Shown here in pieces: positions 49,608 to 61,425 of a stretch of 64,000 bases of DNA (positions are counted from its first letter, which is position 1; each line of letters begins with the position of its first letter). Where the stretch lies: the NCBI GenBank assembly GCA_000002445.1, contig CP000069.1, positions 1,056,001 to 1,120,000 on the forward strand. The letters run 5' to 3'. This stretch comes from Trypanosoma brucei. Taxonomy: Eukaryota. A model generated the notes under the pieces. The model was not told where the DNA came from. It was given only the letters and a program-made list of their open reading frames with translations, and ran no database searches. The position numbers were made by a program, and so were the translations under genes.

Positions 49608-51764
49608 TTAAGACACGCGGGTCCGGACAGTGCCGCCACAACTTCGCGTCCGGCGAGAGTTGCTGACACGACCAGGTGCGTTCGCGGAGATTCTTTCAAA
49701 CCCGTTGAGTCTCGAGTTGCCCATTTGAGTGGGTTTGTTGGATCTTGCCGTTTGCGCAGGTGTGGGAACGAACGTTCGCCGCCCCGAGGCTGCTTTCTTG
49801 AGATTTATCGCAGGAGGTTTGCATGCGGGTGCTGCACGCGGCGTTGCAACAGGCCTGACGGGACGAAGAAAGGATGGACGTTCCCTCGCAGATGTTGCAG
49901 TAGCGAAAGTCCTTACCGATTGCGTCACTGACGACTCCACTCGCTTGTTGGCGCCATTCGTATTGTGGCTAGTTACAGTATTGACGGCGGTATTGCTAAG
50001 CTGATGTCCCCGTTGCCTCGGTTTATTTGGTGAAACATTGTTTATAACACTAGCGATTCGCGAAGCTGAATGGGGTGCCTGCTTTTGTGAAGGGGGTAAA
50101 TCCTTGGGGAACGTTGGGGACGAAAAGCGCGGAACGACCTGCCTTGTCCGCGGAGACGAACACTTCGCTAATGGCGGTGTCGCTTCAATAAACGACGGTA
50201 CAGCGGCTGGACCACCATTTCCCGCAGAGCCGCGCACCGCTTTCAGCGTTGCCTTTTCACCTGCGCTTGTAGACGCAGCGGGGTAGCGGCTCGAAAGTAA
50301 CGGTTGCGAACCCGACGATGGTGACCTTACCCCATTAGATGATTTCCACCGTCGCGCAAGACCAAAAGAAGACCGCAAAAGCATAGAATAGAGTGCGTCA
50401 CGGTGAATTTTGCTAGCAACGTCCTCGTTTCGGCGATTCTCAGCATCACGCTGTGAAGCAGTGTCAATCAACTCCGCTAGCCTTGTCAAAACGCAAAGTT
50501 TGTTCTCTTGCATCTCTGGTGACTGCCATCCTCTTCCGGGAGTTGGGGAAATTTTAGTAAGTGCCTCACTTGCCGTAACAGAGTTCCCAAAATCTGGAAA
50601 GTACATGGGCCTCTCCGAGTCCTCGAGGTCCTGGTCGTTCGCGCGCCGAGCTGAAGACACGCTTACACTCAATCCCTCCACGCTCTTTCCACTACTGCTG
50701 CTTCTGAGACCGCTCCCACTGGCGGAAACCACCTTTTGCTTCCGACTGTTATGAATAATCCGCTGCTCTCTCCGTAGACTTTGCTGATGCTTGGAAACCA
50801 AATCAACTAAGTGGGTGGGCGCATCTGTACTCTCCACATGGGGAGACGGCTCCTCCTCAGCCGCCAACGGAGAACTGCAAACTGAAGAGTTATAAATTTG
50901 GGAATTAACAACCAACGCACGACTTCTGCACCACACGCCTGTCGCCAGACCTAACCTAATGCGTTCAATAGTATCGTTTATCCGAGACTCCAGTACATCT
51001 TCCCGCAAAACAGTACCATCGGCCTCACACAATACATTTAACTTTGAGAAGGTTGAATGAAGCAACCATTCCAAGTCACTGACCACTTCTTCAGGTTGAC
51101 GTTGCTCACCGCTGTGTGGCGCCAGTAACCAATCCCCAATAACCCACCGAGACCTATGGTTAGTTTCCGCCGCACCTGTTCGAACGTTTAGTTGCCTAAG
51201 AATTGAACTAAAACTCAAGTTACAATGAGGTGGCAACTGCATACATACAGATCCGTACTCCTCTACGCAGCTGAGAATATCCTCAAAGTCAGCCTCCTCA
51301 ATGAGTCGCCAGCCGGAACGTATGACATCTCCTAAAGATAAACCGGTGAAAGCTGAAAGAGACACGACAAAGCGCTCTCCACTGGATGGCAACTGACGCA
51401 CGTACGCGTCGACAGGAAGAGCTATTGACAGCGGTAAATCGCGTCGATGTGAGGCTGACACCAATGCTTCCAGCCTCTCCTGTTGTGCAAGCAGAAACGC
51501 ATCGTTAGTATTTGTGTCTTCCTCTGTTCGTGCACCTCGGTCCGTGGATGACGGCGCAATCTTTCTTGGTTCTTTCTGTGCCAGTGGAAGGCAGCGCAGC
51601 TCGTACATGCATTTAGTGTATTTATCTTTCGCACAGTAACGTGGTCCGTTTGCACTCTCCGCCGCGTCACTAATGCAGTTGCAGATGGTGAACATGGGGA
51701 AAAGCTCCGCAGTGTTTACCGACGGTGAGAGTAGCGAAAACGATGCTACTTCGGGCTCCTGCAT
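49608..51764 (-). CDS. Hypothetical protein, Ser/Arg/Pro-rich low-complexity C-terminal half
   Basis: 718-aa ORF co-oriented with the cluster. The N-terminal half is globular-looking. The C-terminal half is S/R/P/A-rich (SSSGKSVEGLSVSVSSARR..., RSPSSGSQPLLSSRYPAASTSAGEK...PRTRQVVPRFSSPTFPKDLPPSQKQAP). No motif recognised. Confidence 0.5.
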   Translation of the reverse strand: MQEPEVASFSLLSPSVNTAELFPMFTICNCISDAAESANGPRYCAKDKYTKCMYELRCLPLAQKEPRKIAPSSTDRGARTEEDTNTNDAFLLAQQERLEALVSASHRRDLPLSIALPVDAYVRQLPSSGERFVVSLSAFTGLSLGDVIRSGWRLIEEADFEDILSCVEEYGSVCMQLPPHCNLSFSSILRQLNVRTGAAETNHRSRWVIGDWLLAPHSGEQRQPEEVVSDLEWLLHSTFSKLNVLCEADGTVLREDVLESRINDTIERIRLGLATGVWCRSRALVVNSQIYNSSVCSSPLAAEEEPSPHVESTDAPTHLVDLVSKHQQSLRREQRIIHNSRKQKVVSASGSGLRSSSSGKSVEGLSVSVSSARRANDQDLEDSERPMYFPDFGNSVTASEALTKISPTPGRGWQSPEMQENKLCVLTRLAELIDTASQRDAENRRNEDVASKIHRDALYSMLLRSSFGLARRWKSSNGVRSPSSGSQPLLSSRYPAASTSAGEKATLKAVRGSAGNGGPAAVPSFIEATPPLAKCSSPRTRQVVPRFSSPTFPKDLPPSQKQAPHSASRIASVINNVSPNKPRQRGHQLSNTAVNTVTSHNTNGANKRVESSVTQSVRTFATATSARERPSFLRPVRPVATPRAAPACKPPAINLKKAASGRRTFVPTPAQTARSNKPTQMGNSRLNGFERISANAPGRVSNSRRTRSCGGTVRTRVS

Positions 51765-52868
51765 GCTACCAGCGTATGGGAACTAGAGAATAACGATAAC
51801 TGGTTAAAGAACACCCTTCCGCTACGCTTTCCAAAAGTGGCGATTGAACCACTTCCGGCACTAACTTTGAGTGGGTAAACAAGGAAATACACCACCTATA
51901 GATTTCTTTTTTAAAAAAAAGGAGCGGGAACAGGTTTGAATAGTAGTAACAGCCGAATAGGCATAAGAGACATTAAGAAATAGAAAGACAATATCACGGA
52001 AATGAGTTCAAGCTGATGTAAAGAGGATTCCGGCAAAAACTCTTATTGCAGAGCGCCTCCGATGAGCCCGTTGGCAGCTGCTATGCCGCATTTTCTCCAG
52101 TGCGCACCTTTTCTACTAATCCTTTAGTGGATTCTAGTTGCCGAAAAGTGAGTCTGGGGGTCATGCGACCGCCGCTGAGGGAGTTCACCGCCACCGCTTG
52201 CACTTAAAAAGGAGGAAAGGAAGAATCCCTTAAATCTTTCACCAACCCACCAAAGAAGCAACTGACGAAGTAAGGAAGTGGAAAGAGCAACGACCAAACT
52301 TAAAACTAAGAGACAAATATATATATAAATATATACTTGAATAAATCTTTAACCCTCAGTAACAACAAAGACAAACAAAACAGCTTTATTCAAGAAATTA
52401 AAGAGAGATCAAAAAGAAAGTCAAATACGGAGCATGAAACACAAAAAAGATATTATTAGTAAGCAGAGCAGCGGTAGTGTAAGAGAAAAAGTAAAGATAA
52501 GGCAAATGATAATGTGTGCAAAGCGAAACGAACACCAACGCATACAAAACAAACAGAAAAAGAAAAAAAAACATACACAAAAGTGTGAAAAAAAAACATG
52601 GAAGGTAAACACGTTCTTTGGCTATGAAGTAATAAAATTTACAGCTTTGATGCCTCCAGTGGCCATCCAAGGATGAACTTCATCACAAAAATTACGGAAG
52701 CTGAATATAGTTAACGACACCAAAAAGTATATTGTATTAATCGCGCATGACAAGCGAAGGGATGAATTGTTTTTGTTTTTCTCTCATTTTTTTCGTTCCT
52801 ACCCTCCTTTTGATCCCAATCACCTTTAAGTAAGTAAATGTGAGGTGTCCTTCACTTCCCTGTTTGGT

Positions 52869-54881
52869 TCACAAATGTGGAGCAACATCCCATGAAGGAA
52901 TCGACAAGTCTTCGTTAGCACCGATATCTCTTAAGGCGACAAGTTTAACAGACGAACTTGTCTCATCGACGACTACTTTACAGTTTGCTTCATTGAGTGA
53001 TACACGGCGCACCGCACCAAGCAGTTGGGGAAGATAATACAAGACCGAGCCGTTTTCGCAGTTTGAACCCTTTACCCCAACCGCAAAAACCGAGACGTAT
53101 TCGTATAGCGCGTAAAACAAGTGAAGCGAGAACATCTCTTTTTCGTCTTTTGTAAAGAAGGTAGTTAGGTTATCATACACCATATACACTTTCTTATTTA
53201 TGTTGCCTTGTGGATCCGCGTTAACCAATGGAAAGACACCAAGCTGCTGCAAAGCTGATTGCAAAGGTAAAACCCCATCGTTTCCCGACACACGTGGTTC
53301 GGAGAAACCTTCGTAGGAAGATACTGAATCTTGTTGCTCATCTTCACGCGAATTGTCCTGCTGGGCGCGTAGTCGTCCGTACGTGACGTAGACCATAAGG
53401 AACAACCGCGTTGCCATATACGTCAAATCAAACAATGTGCGTTTCTCCCCAGGGGCAGAGTTGACACCAATAAGATCACGTGCCCGGTCAACAGCAGCGC
53501 GGTGACGCCCGTATTCTATGCTAAAGAAAAGCGACGAGCGTTGACGGCATTCCTCGCTACAGAAGAGTGCTATGCGCTTACCCGGAAGAGGTGAACACTC
53601 CGCGGACACGGGCGTCAGACTAGAGGCAGGTTTGAGGCACACGCAACATCTATCAGACGGCTCTGACCAAGGGGACTCCATGGCGAGAATTATGCTGGCC
53701 TCAGCATAAACAATTTCCGATGCTCGGAAATAGCGACGGGCGACAAGTTGCTTCCTATACTGTCCATCAATGTAGAGTCCCAAACTGTCGACTGGCAGAG
53801 TTCCTTGGAGGGAAAGCATGAACGAATTCAGTTCCTCTACTGCGTGCAGCTCTTGCGAGTTCGGAAGCATCCGCAACGCGCACTTGACGTTGTCACATGC
53901 TTCCTTAAACTTTCCCATTCCACTTAAAGCACGTGCAGCACAGAGATACCCCTTTACCCAAAGTGGTTCAAGGGCTATAATCCGCTGAGCATCCGCCATC
54001 GCCTCTTCGTAGCGTCCAAGAGACACCTTGGCGCGGGAACGTAGAATCAATGAGCTCACCGTGACACTAGACTCATTCTCAAAGGTCTCTAAAAGGTGCA
54101 GTGCTTCTTCACCCCTTCCGCCGACGATATGATCCCGTATCTCCACTAACCGCGGAGATTGTACCTCTAAAATGTATAGAGACTCGTAATACTGACTGAC
54201 ACAGCGAAGCACTTCACAATTATTAGGACCATCTTGACAGCATCCAGGTTGGCTGGCAAAGTTTCCAAAAACCCGCAACAGTGGACCTGATCTGCTACTA
54301 TAACTTCCAGATTCCTCATACGCCTCTATAGGCTCAGTCGATAGACATATCCGTGGGAACGTCAGAGCATAGTCCAACTCGGCGTGATCATTGCGAAAAG
54401 CGACGAGTGTCATTTTACCGGAGTGCCGGACCACTGTCCCTCGTGACCTGCCATTACAAACAACGCGGTGTGACTCGCTCCAGTATTCCCGCAACAAATG
54501 GCAGACATCGTACTCATCCACAATCCACACAGAGGACCCTGCAGGAAGGGATTCCACTGGAAGTCGGGGAAGTTTCGGCCTCTTTCTGCGGCTAAACGTG
54601 AAGGCTGATTCGGGAATATAAAGTTGCGTTTTATCATCCCACTCCTCCTCACGCCCCTCATCATTATCCGCATGCTTGCCATCCAATTTTTCCCCTGTGC
54701 CGTTCATAATCTCCTCAATTGAAAAATTTTCCTTCACGGTACCCCAAACAGATTCGTCAAATGAGGTTTCAGCAGCCGCAGTCAATTTTTCATCACCAAC
54801 GTTAAGTAGTGAAAAGGGCTGCAAATCGGCCTCTTCCTCATCAATCGCTTCTTCCAAGTCAGGACACCCAGTGTGGGACAT
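52869..54881 (-). CDS. TPR-repeat protein with MYND-like Cys cluster
   Basis: Start placed at Met MSHTGCPDLEE (54879-54881), because the 16 codons upstream (MCVCVLCLCV) translate a CA-rich repeat. TPR-like helical pairs (LGRYEEAMADAQRIIALEPLWVKGYLCAARALSGMGKFKEACDNVKCALRMLP). Cys/His cluster CCVCLKPASSLTPVSAECSPLPGKRIALFCSEECRQRS. Acidic N-terminus. Confidence 0.6.
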   Translation of the reverse strand: MSHTGCPDLEEAIDEEEADLQPFSLLNVGDEKLTAAAETSFDESVWGTVKENFSIEEIMNGTGEKLDGKHADNDEGREEEWDDKTQLYIPESAFTFSRRKRPKLPRLPVESLPAGSSVWIVDEYDVCHLLREYWSESHRVVCNGRSRGTVVRHSGKMTLVAFRNDHAELDYALTFPRICLSTEPIEAYEESGSYSSRSGPLLRVFGNFASQPGCCQDGPNNCEVLRCVSQYYESLYILEVQSPRLVEIRDHIVGGRGEEALHLLETFENESSVTVSSLILRSRAKVSLGRYEEAMADAQRIIALEPLWVKGYLCAARALSGMGKFKEACDNVKCALRMLPNSQELHAVEELNSFMLSLQGTLPVDSLGLYIDGQYRKQLVARRYFRASEIVYAEASIILAMESPWSEPSDRCCVCLKPASSLTPVSAECSPLPGKRIALFCSEECRQRSSLFFSIEYGRHRAAVDRARDLIGVNSAPGEKRTLFDLTYMATRLFLMVYVTYGRLRAQQDNSREDEQQDSVSSYEGFSEPRVSGNDGVLPLQSALQQLGVFPLVNADPQGNINKKVYMVYDNLTTFFTKDEKEMFSLHLFYALYEYVSVFAVGVKGSNCENGSVLYYLPQLLGAVRRVSLNEANCKVVVDETSSSVKLVALRDIGANEDLSIPSWDVAPHL

Positions 54882-54900
54882 CACCAATGGTGGAGTAAAT

Positions 54901-54929
54901 ACACACAAACACAACACACACACACACAA
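54901..54929. repeat. Imperfect (CA)n repeat at 5' end of TPR gene
   Basis: Direct read: acacacaaacacaacacacacacacacaag. Confidence 0.85.
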
Positions 54930-55467
54930 GCAGTGGGTCCCTTTTCCAACCCAACGTAAATTAGTACCTAAAACGAAATAAAATAATAACCACTTTTATC
55001 TATTTTTATCTTTTTTTTCCGTTTTAAAGATAAATATATTTGTATGTATATATGCGTTAAATAAATGTGTAAAGAAAGAAAAAAAAGGTAAAAAAGAAAA
55101 CGGGGTAGATAGAGAGGTGACCTCCAACTCCTACCCTTGATACCTCACTGTTAAGCACCCGTCCTTCTTTCCCACGTCCTTAAGAATACCTCCACTACCA
55201 AAAGAAGATGTTTTCCACCACAAGAGGTACCTTAAGTGAGACCTTCGGGAACGGCGAGTCACCTTTGCCTATCAATGAATGTCCCCTAACACTACGTTAA
55301 AGAGAGAATAGAAACAATCAAAGCAGCAGAAGAAACAAAATATGACAGAGCATTCCTAACATGACAATAGCAACACAGTAAAACAATAAGAGCAATGGTT
55401 CCAAATTAATAATTGTATGGAAACAGCAATTTGGAAAACTCACAAACCTCTAACAACACGCAGTCAC

Positions 55468-56436
55468 CTAACCACCAGCCACAATGCTGAAATGATCTTT
55501 CGGCGGCTGCACAGTCCTAAAGTGTCTCCCCGGTTTGACTGGTACAACAGGGTCCGACTCAACCTTTCCCTCGCTGGCGGCAATCAAAACAATCGCCGCA
55601 GCGACAACAGAAGTTTCCACCACTTTTCGATGACGCATGTACGTTTCCATCAATTCCTCCCGCTTTTCCACCAGAGATTCATAGAACCATGTACGATTGC
55701 GATGGTGCTTCCCCCACGCAAATGCACGCTGGTACATGAAGTAGATACTTACTAGTGCTAAAACCAAATACAAGCGCAAAAACGTCGGACTTCGAGACGG
55801 TAGGTCACCGCTATCACTCAAACGGTCGACTCCACGTTGAAACACTGTCTTTGCGTTGTCTTCTTTCTCGAGGTCCAACGACCGCCTTCGTAACTCCTCC
55901 GTCATCTCTGATTTCGCAGAGAAAGAAGCGTAGCGCGGCTGTTGTGCGCGCACTAATGGCCTGTCGAGCTCTACCCACTTGCCATCATCACGGTTTTGGT
56001 AAATATACTTCCCAGTAGGTGTCACACGCTCAGTAGAGGGATCAAGAGCGCTTAACTTGGCACATTCTTCTTCTGACAAGGTGGCACTCACATGTTCTTC
56101 CGATTGTTGTAACTGTTCAGTGGAGATGGGACTCGGCCAACGCGTCTCAGCATTAGGTTTTTGGCCAACTAACTTCGAGCGCAGCTGCTCATACGCTCCC
56201 TCTTTTAGTAAGAAATTATAAGCCTTATTTATTCGCTCCATTTTTTCACTGTCACCAGTTCCTGAGTCTGGATGGTGAAGTCGAGCCAACTCTCGATAAC
56301 GCATCTTCACCTCCGCCTTCGTAGCTGTGCGGGCAAGACCCAAAACCGCAAAAGGGTCTTTTGAAAGCAAAAAAAACGACGAGCGCATACTATCAAATAC
56401 GAAGGCACTCACCGCGAGCACAACACAAGCGGTCAC
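55468..56436 (-). CDS. Membrane-anchored J-domain (DnaJ-like) protein
   Basis: J domain with the HPD tripeptide (DPFAVLGLARTATKAEVKMRYRELARLHHPDSGTGDSEKMERINKAYNFLL). It is preceded by a hydrophobic N-terminal segment and followed by two C-terminal hydrophobic helices (FLRLYLVLALVSIYFMY, VVAAAIVLIAASEG). Confidence 0.75.
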   Translation of the reverse strand: MTACVVLAVSAFVFDSMRSSFFLLSKDPFAVLGLARTATKAEVKMRYRELARLHHPDSGTGDSEKMERINKAYNFLLKEGAYEQLRSKLVGQKPNAETRWPSPISTEQLQQSEEHVSATLSEEECAKLSALDPSTERVTPTGKYIYQNRDDGKWVELDRPLVRAQQPRYASFSAKSEMTEELRRRSLDLEKEDNAKTVFQRGVDRLSDSGDLPSRSPTFLRLYLVLALVSIYFMYQRAFAWGKHHRNRTWFYESLVEKREELMETYMRHRKVVETSVVAAAIVLIAASEGKVESDPVVPVKPGRHFRTVQPPKDHFSIVAGG

Positions 56437-56892
56437 AAAGCAACCCTAAGAGTGTACTTTCAATACAATCAAAAAGTAATATTGTGCTTTCAGCTGGAGT
56501 ACAGCGGAAACACACTATAGAAAGAAAACAATAATAATAAGAGTAATTTCTTTTTTAAAGAATTGTTTCACGGGGGAAACCAATAATAGTAAAATATAAA
56601 CAAATTTAAAAATCTTATAAAATTACTTATCAAAACCCCTTCAAACACTTTTAAAAAAGTCAATATCATTATATATTTGCCTAAAATTATAATAGCGAAA
56701 AAAAACGCTCAAAGTACAATAATAAAAAACCTTAAACCACAAATATTATGCCGTCAATTCGACCGACCGGCACAATCATTGAAGAAAAAACGACCGAAGA
56801 TAACACACACACAAAAAAAAATTACACCTCCATAAAATAGGCGTAAACATTTTTTTAAAAATGACTCAGTAATGCATCCACCAACATTTCAC

Positions 56893-58866
56893 TTACTCCT
56901 TCTTTTCACCAGATGCCTGCTGCTGTTGTTGCTCACCCTGACCTTCTGTGCTGCTGCTACCAGAGCTACCGCTGTTCGCTGCTGCCGCCTGTTGGTACTC
57001 CGTGCGACCACATTCCATCACTGCCTTTTGCAGTTTGTCAGTAGAAGCCGACAGTTCATCCTTCGTCACGTTTGGATTCTCCATCACCTTGCGAAGTTCA
57101 GCCAAAAGGGTACGCACATTCTCCTTCTCAGCGTCCGTCACGTACTTCCATTCCGTCAGTTGTCGCTCAGCAGTGTTAGCCTGAGTCTCAGCATTGTTAC
57201 GCACTTCCACAAGCTCCCGCTTCACACGGTCAGCTTCAGCGTGCATCTCAGAGTCGCGGATCATGTTCTCGATCTGCTCCTTCGTCAACCCACCATGAGC
57301 AGTAATGGTGATGTTCTGTGTTTTCCCAGTTGCCTTGTCCTTCGCAGTTACGTGACAAATACCATTAGCATCAATGTCAAATGTCACCTCAATTTGTGGT
57401 ACACCGCGTGGTGCAGGAGGAATTCCAACGAGGTCAAACTGACCCATCATTTGGTTGTCAGATGCCATTTCTCGTTCCCCTTGGAACACTTTGATTCCGA
57501 CCTGTGTTTGGTTGTCCGCAGCAGTTGAGAAGGTTTGACTCTTCTTCGTCGGGATTGTTGTGTTCTTGGGAATCATACGTGTGAAGACACCACCAAGTGT
57601 TTCGATTCCAAGTGATAGTGGTGTAACGTCAAGCAATACAAGACCCTTCACATCACCACGGAGAACACCACCAAGTGTTGCAGCACCCAGTGCAACGGCC
57701 TCGTCAGGGTTCACACCACGGAACGGTTCGCGACCGAAGAACTGCTTCACAGCCTCCACAACCTTTGGCATACGCGTCATACCACCAACAAGCACAACCT
57801 CAGAGATTTCCTTCAGGTCAACAGCAGCGTCCTTGATGCATTGCTTGCACGGTCCAAGTGAACGTTGTACGAGCTTATCAGCAAGGGACTCAAACTTGCT
57901 GCGGCTCACCATCATCTGCACGTGCTGCGCTCCGTCCTGGTTAGCTGTGATAAACGGAAGGTTTACCTCCGTCTCCATCGTCGTCGAAAGTTCACACTTC
58001 GCCTTTTCTGCAGCCTCACGAATACGCTGCAGTGCCATCCGCTCCTTGCTCAAGTCAATTCCAGATGTCTTGCGGAATTCCTCCAGAATGTGATCAGAGA
58101 GGCAGAGATCAAAGTCTTCTCCACCAAGGTGAGTGTCGCCATTCGTTGCCTTTACCTCAAAAACACCTCCGGCAATTTCAAGTACGGAGATATCAAATGT
58201 TCCACCACCAAGATCATACACGGCAATTAAGCTGTCCTTCGTTTTGTCCAAGCCATATGCCAGTGCAGCAGCAGTCGGTTCATTCACAACACGGATCACA
58301 TTCAGTCCAGCAATCGTACCGGCATCCTTCGTTGCCTGACGTTGCGCGTCATTGAAGTACGCGGGGCACGTCACCACAGCGTTAGATACTTTGCGTCCCA
58401 GGAAGTTTTCTGCCGTTTCCTTCATCTTCTCAAGTACGAATGCACCAACTTGTGAAGGTGAGTATTGCTTCCCATTCCCATCTTGCACCCACGCATCACC
58501 ATTATTGCTCCGAATAATCTTGTAGGGCACATTCTTGATGTCGTGTTGGATGTGCTCATCATCGAAGCGACGACCAATCAGCCGTTTCACCGCGAAGAAT
58601 GTCGACTGTGGGTTCGTAATCGCCTGACGTTTCGCTGCAAGGCCAACAAGTTTTTCCTGTCCTTTGAACGCAACCACAGACGGTGTCGTCCTGAAACCCT
58701 CTGTATTCTCAAGTACGCGTGGCCGGTCACCTTCCATTACTGCAACACAACTGTATGTCGTACCCAAATCAATACCAATCACGTCACCAGTTACCTTCGA
58801 TGACTGCCACCGCGCAAACGGGGCAGACGCCAGGCACATGGGTGCGCATACACGACGGGCCAACAT
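56893..58866 (-). CDS. mtHSP70: Mitochondrial HSP70 (mtHSP70 / mortalin-type DnaK), copy 1
   Basis: 657-aa ORF with DnaK signatures [24 protein letters not shown] and [13 protein letters not shown]. Arg-rich N-terminal mitochondrial presequence [20 protein letters not shown]. Gln/Gly/Ser-rich C-terminal tail without cytosolic EEVD. Confidence 0.95.
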   Translation of the reverse strand: MLARRVCAPMCLASAPFARWQSSKVTGDVIGIDLGTTYSCVAVMEGDRPRVLENTEGFRTTPSVVAFKGQEKLVGLAAKRQAITNPQSTFFAVKRLIGRRFDDEHIQHDIKNVPYKIIRSNNGDAWVQDGNGKQYSPSQVGAFVLEKMKETAENFLGRKVSNAVVTCPAYFNDAQRQATKDAGTIAGLNVIRVVNEPTAAALAYGLDKTKDSLIAVYDLGGGTFDISVLEIAGGVFEVKATNGDTHLGGEDFDLCLSDHILEEFRKTSGIDLSKERMALQRIREAAEKAKCELSTTMETEVNLPFITANQDGAQHVQMMVSRSKFESLADKLVQRSLGPCKQCIKDAAVDLKEISEVVLVGGMTRMPKVVEAVKQFFGREPFRGVNPDEAVALGAATLGGVLRGDVKGLVLLDVTPLSLGIETLGGVFTRMIPKNTTIPTKKSQTFSTAADNQTQVGIKVFQGEREMASDNQMMGQFDLVGIPPAPRGVPQIEVTFDIDANGICHVTAKDKATGKTQNITITAHGGLTKEQIENMIRDSEMHAEADRVKRELVEVRNNAETQANTAERQLTEWKYVTDAEKENVRTLLAELRKVMENPNVTKDELSASTDKLQKAVMECGRTEYQQAAAANSGSSGSSSTEGQGEQQQQQASGEKKE

Positions 58867-59451
58867 TTTATTACTTCACAAACTACTTCTTACCTTAGAA
58901 ATACTTTACCTCCGAGAAAATATCTAAGAAGTATGCATGTCATATGATATAGAATAAAAAGGAATATCTCATATATTGAAATCAATGAATCTCTTCTATA
59001 ATTGAAGACGTTACAACTGCGTTTCAGATATGAGTGTATATGTAATAATAAAATTCGTAGTGATGTAATAATAATGTTGTATGGATCGGCTCCCTTCACG
59101 CTCAAAAATCACCAGGTACAGTTGAACTTTGTCGCAGCACCCAACAACAATCAACAAGGATTCGTTTATAACCCTCCAGTTTTCGTTCCTCAATTGTGCA
59201 GATAAACATATAGTGAAACGATAAAACTGAAGCACCCCACACTTCACTAGAAGAAATGAGGACAATAACTTAATAATACCCCATTATCCAAATTCGTTGC
59301 ACCATTTATCAAGTAGATCACAAGCCGGTCAAATTAAAGAAACAAAAAAAGCAATAAAACATAATAGTAATGATAATAATACTCCTTGATAGTAAAAAAC
59401 GTTAAAAAATCAGTTAGAAAAAAATCAGTAATGCATCCACCAACATTTCAC

Positions 59452-61425
59452 TTACTCCTTCTTTTCACCAGATGCCTGCTGCTGTTGTTGCTCACCCTGA
59501 CCTTCTGTGCTGCTGCTACCAGAGCTACCGCTGTTCGCTGCTGCCGCCTGTTGGTACTCCGTGCGACCACATTCCATCACTGCCTTTTGCAGTTTGTCAG
59601 TAGAAGCCGACAGTTCATCCTTCGTCACATTTGGATTCTCCATCACCTTGCGAAGTTCAGCCAAAAGGGTACGCACATTCTCCTTCTCAGCGTCCGTCAC
59701 GTACTTCCATTCCGTCAGTTGTCGCTCAGCAGTGTTAGCCTGAGTCTCAGCATTGTTACGCACTTCCACAAGCTCCCGCTTCACACGGTCAGCTTCAGCG
59801 TGCATCTCAGAGTCGCGGATCATGTTCTCGATCTGCTCCTTCGTCAACCCACCATGAGCAGTAATGGTGATGTTCTGTGTTTTCCCAGTTGCCTTGTCCT
59901 TCGCAGTTACGTGGCAAATACCATTAGCATCAATGTCAAATGTCACCTCAATTTGTGGTACACCGCGTGGTGCAGGAGGAATTCCAACGAGGTCAAACTG
60001 ACCCATCATTTGGTTGTCAGATGCCATTTCTCGTTCCCCTTGGAACACTTTGATTCCGACCTGTGTTTGGTTGTCCGCAGCAGTTGAGAAGGTTTGACTC
60101 TTCTTCGTCGGGATTGTTGTGTTCTTGGGAATCATACGTGTGAAGACACCACCAAGTGTTTCGATTCCAAGTGATAGTGGTGTAACGTCAAGCAATACAA
60201 GACCCTTCACATCACCACGGAGAACACCACCAAGTGTTGCAGCACCCAGTGCAACGGCCTCGTCAGGGTTCACACCACGGAACGGTTCGCGACCGAAGAA
60301 CTGCTTCACAGCCTCCACAACCTTTGGCATACGCGTCATACCACCAACAAGCACAACCTCAGAGATTTCCTTCAGGTCAACAGCAGCGTCCTTGATGCAT
60401 TGCTTGCACGGTCCAAGTGAACGTTGTACGAGCTTATCAGCAAGGGACTCAAACTTGCTGCGGCTCACCATCATCTGCACGTGCTGCGCTCCGTCCTGGT
60501 TAGCTGTGATAAACGGAAGGTTTACCTCCGTCTCCATCGTCGTCGAAAGTTCACACTTCGCCTTTTCTGCAGCCTCACGAATACGCTGCAGTGCCATCCG
60601 CTCCTTGCTCAAGTCAATTCCAGATGTCTTGCGGAATTCCTCCAGAATGTGATCAGAGAGGCAGAGATCAAAGTCTTCTCCACCAAGGTGAGTGTCGCCA
60701 TTCGTTGCCTTTACCTCAAAAACACCTCCGGCAATTTCAAGTACGGAGATATCAAATGTTCCACCACCAAGATCATACACGGCAATTAAGCTGTCCTTCG
60801 TTTTGTCCAAGCCATATGCCAGTGCAGCAGCAGTCGGTTCATTCACAACACGGATCACATTCAGTCCAGCAATCGTACCGGCATCCTTCGTTGCCTGACG
60901 TTGCGCGTCATTGAAGTACGCGGGGCACGTCACCACAGCGTTAGATACTTTGCGTCCCAGGAAGTTTTCTGCCGTTTCCTTCATCTTCTCAAGTACGAAT
61001 GCACCAACTTGTGAAGGTGAGTATTGCTTCCCATTCCCATCTTGCACCCACGCATCACCATTATTGCTCCGAATAATCTTGTAGGGCACATTCTTGATGT
61101 CGTGTTGGATGTGCTCATCATCGAAGCGACGACCAATCAGCCGTTTCACCGCGAAGAATGTCGACTGTGGGTTCGTAATCGCCTGACGTTTCGCTGCAAG
61201 GCCAACAAGTTTTTCCTGTCCTTTGAACGCAACCACAGACGGTGTCGTCCTGAAACCCTCTGTATTCTCAAGTACGCGTGGCCGGTCACCTTCCATTACT
61301 GCAACACAACTGTATGTCGTACCCAAATCAATACCAATCACGTCACCAGTTACCTTCGATGACTGCCACCGCGCAAACGGGGCAGACGCCAGGCACATGG
61401 GTGCGCATACACGGCGGGCCAACAT
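59452..61425 (-). CDS. mtHSP70: Mitochondrial HSP70, copy 2 (identical protein)
   Basis: Translation identical to copy 1 over all 657 aa. The nucleotide sequence differs at only 3 synonymous positions (for example 57070 g vs 59629 a, 57355 a vs 59914 g, 58853 a vs 61412 g). Confidence 0.95.
   Translation of the reverse strand: MLARRVCAPMCLASAPFARWQSSKVTGDVIGIDLGTTYSCVAVMEGDRPRVLENTEGFRTTPSVVAFKGQEKLVGLAAKRQAITNPQSTFFAVKRLIGRRFDDEHIQHDIKNVPYKIIRSNNGDAWVQDGNGKQYSPSQVGAFVLEKMKETAENFLGRKVSNAVVTCPAYFNDAQRQATKDAGTIAGLNVIRVVNEPTAAALAYGLDKTKDSLIAVYDLGGGTFDISVLEIAGGVFEVKATNGDTHLGGEDFDLCLSDHILEEFRKTSGIDLSKERMALQRIREAAEKAKCELSTTMETEVNLPFITANQDGAQHVQMMVSRSKFESLADKLVQRSLGPCKQCIKDAAVDLKEISEVVLVGGMTRMPKVVEAVKQFFGREPFRGVNPDEAVALGAATLGGVLRGDVKGLVLLDVTPLSLGIETLGGVFTRMIPKNTTIPTKKSQTFSTAADNQTQVGIKVFQGEREMASDNQMMGQFDLVGIPPAPRGVPQIEVTFDIDANGICHVTAKDKATGKTQNITITAHGGLTKEQIENMIRDSEMHAEADRVKRELVEVRNNAETQANTAERQLTEWKYVTDAEKENVRTLLAELRKVMENPNVTKDELSASTDKLQKAVMECGRTEYQQAAAANSGSSGSSSTEGQGEQQQQQASGEKKE

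Noticed and set aside
56872-57528. Plus-strand ORFs of 100-230 aa inside the mtHSP70 genes (56872-57528, 57560-58093, 59386-60087, 60119-60652) and similar plus-strand ORFs inside other minus-strand genes (e.g. 17285-17887, 35747-36241, 16205-16615)
   Set aside because: They are antisense shadow ORFs within strongly supported minus-strand CDSs. They are duplicated only because the HSP70 DNA is duplicated, have no motifs, and their composition is biased by the opposite-strand codon usage.
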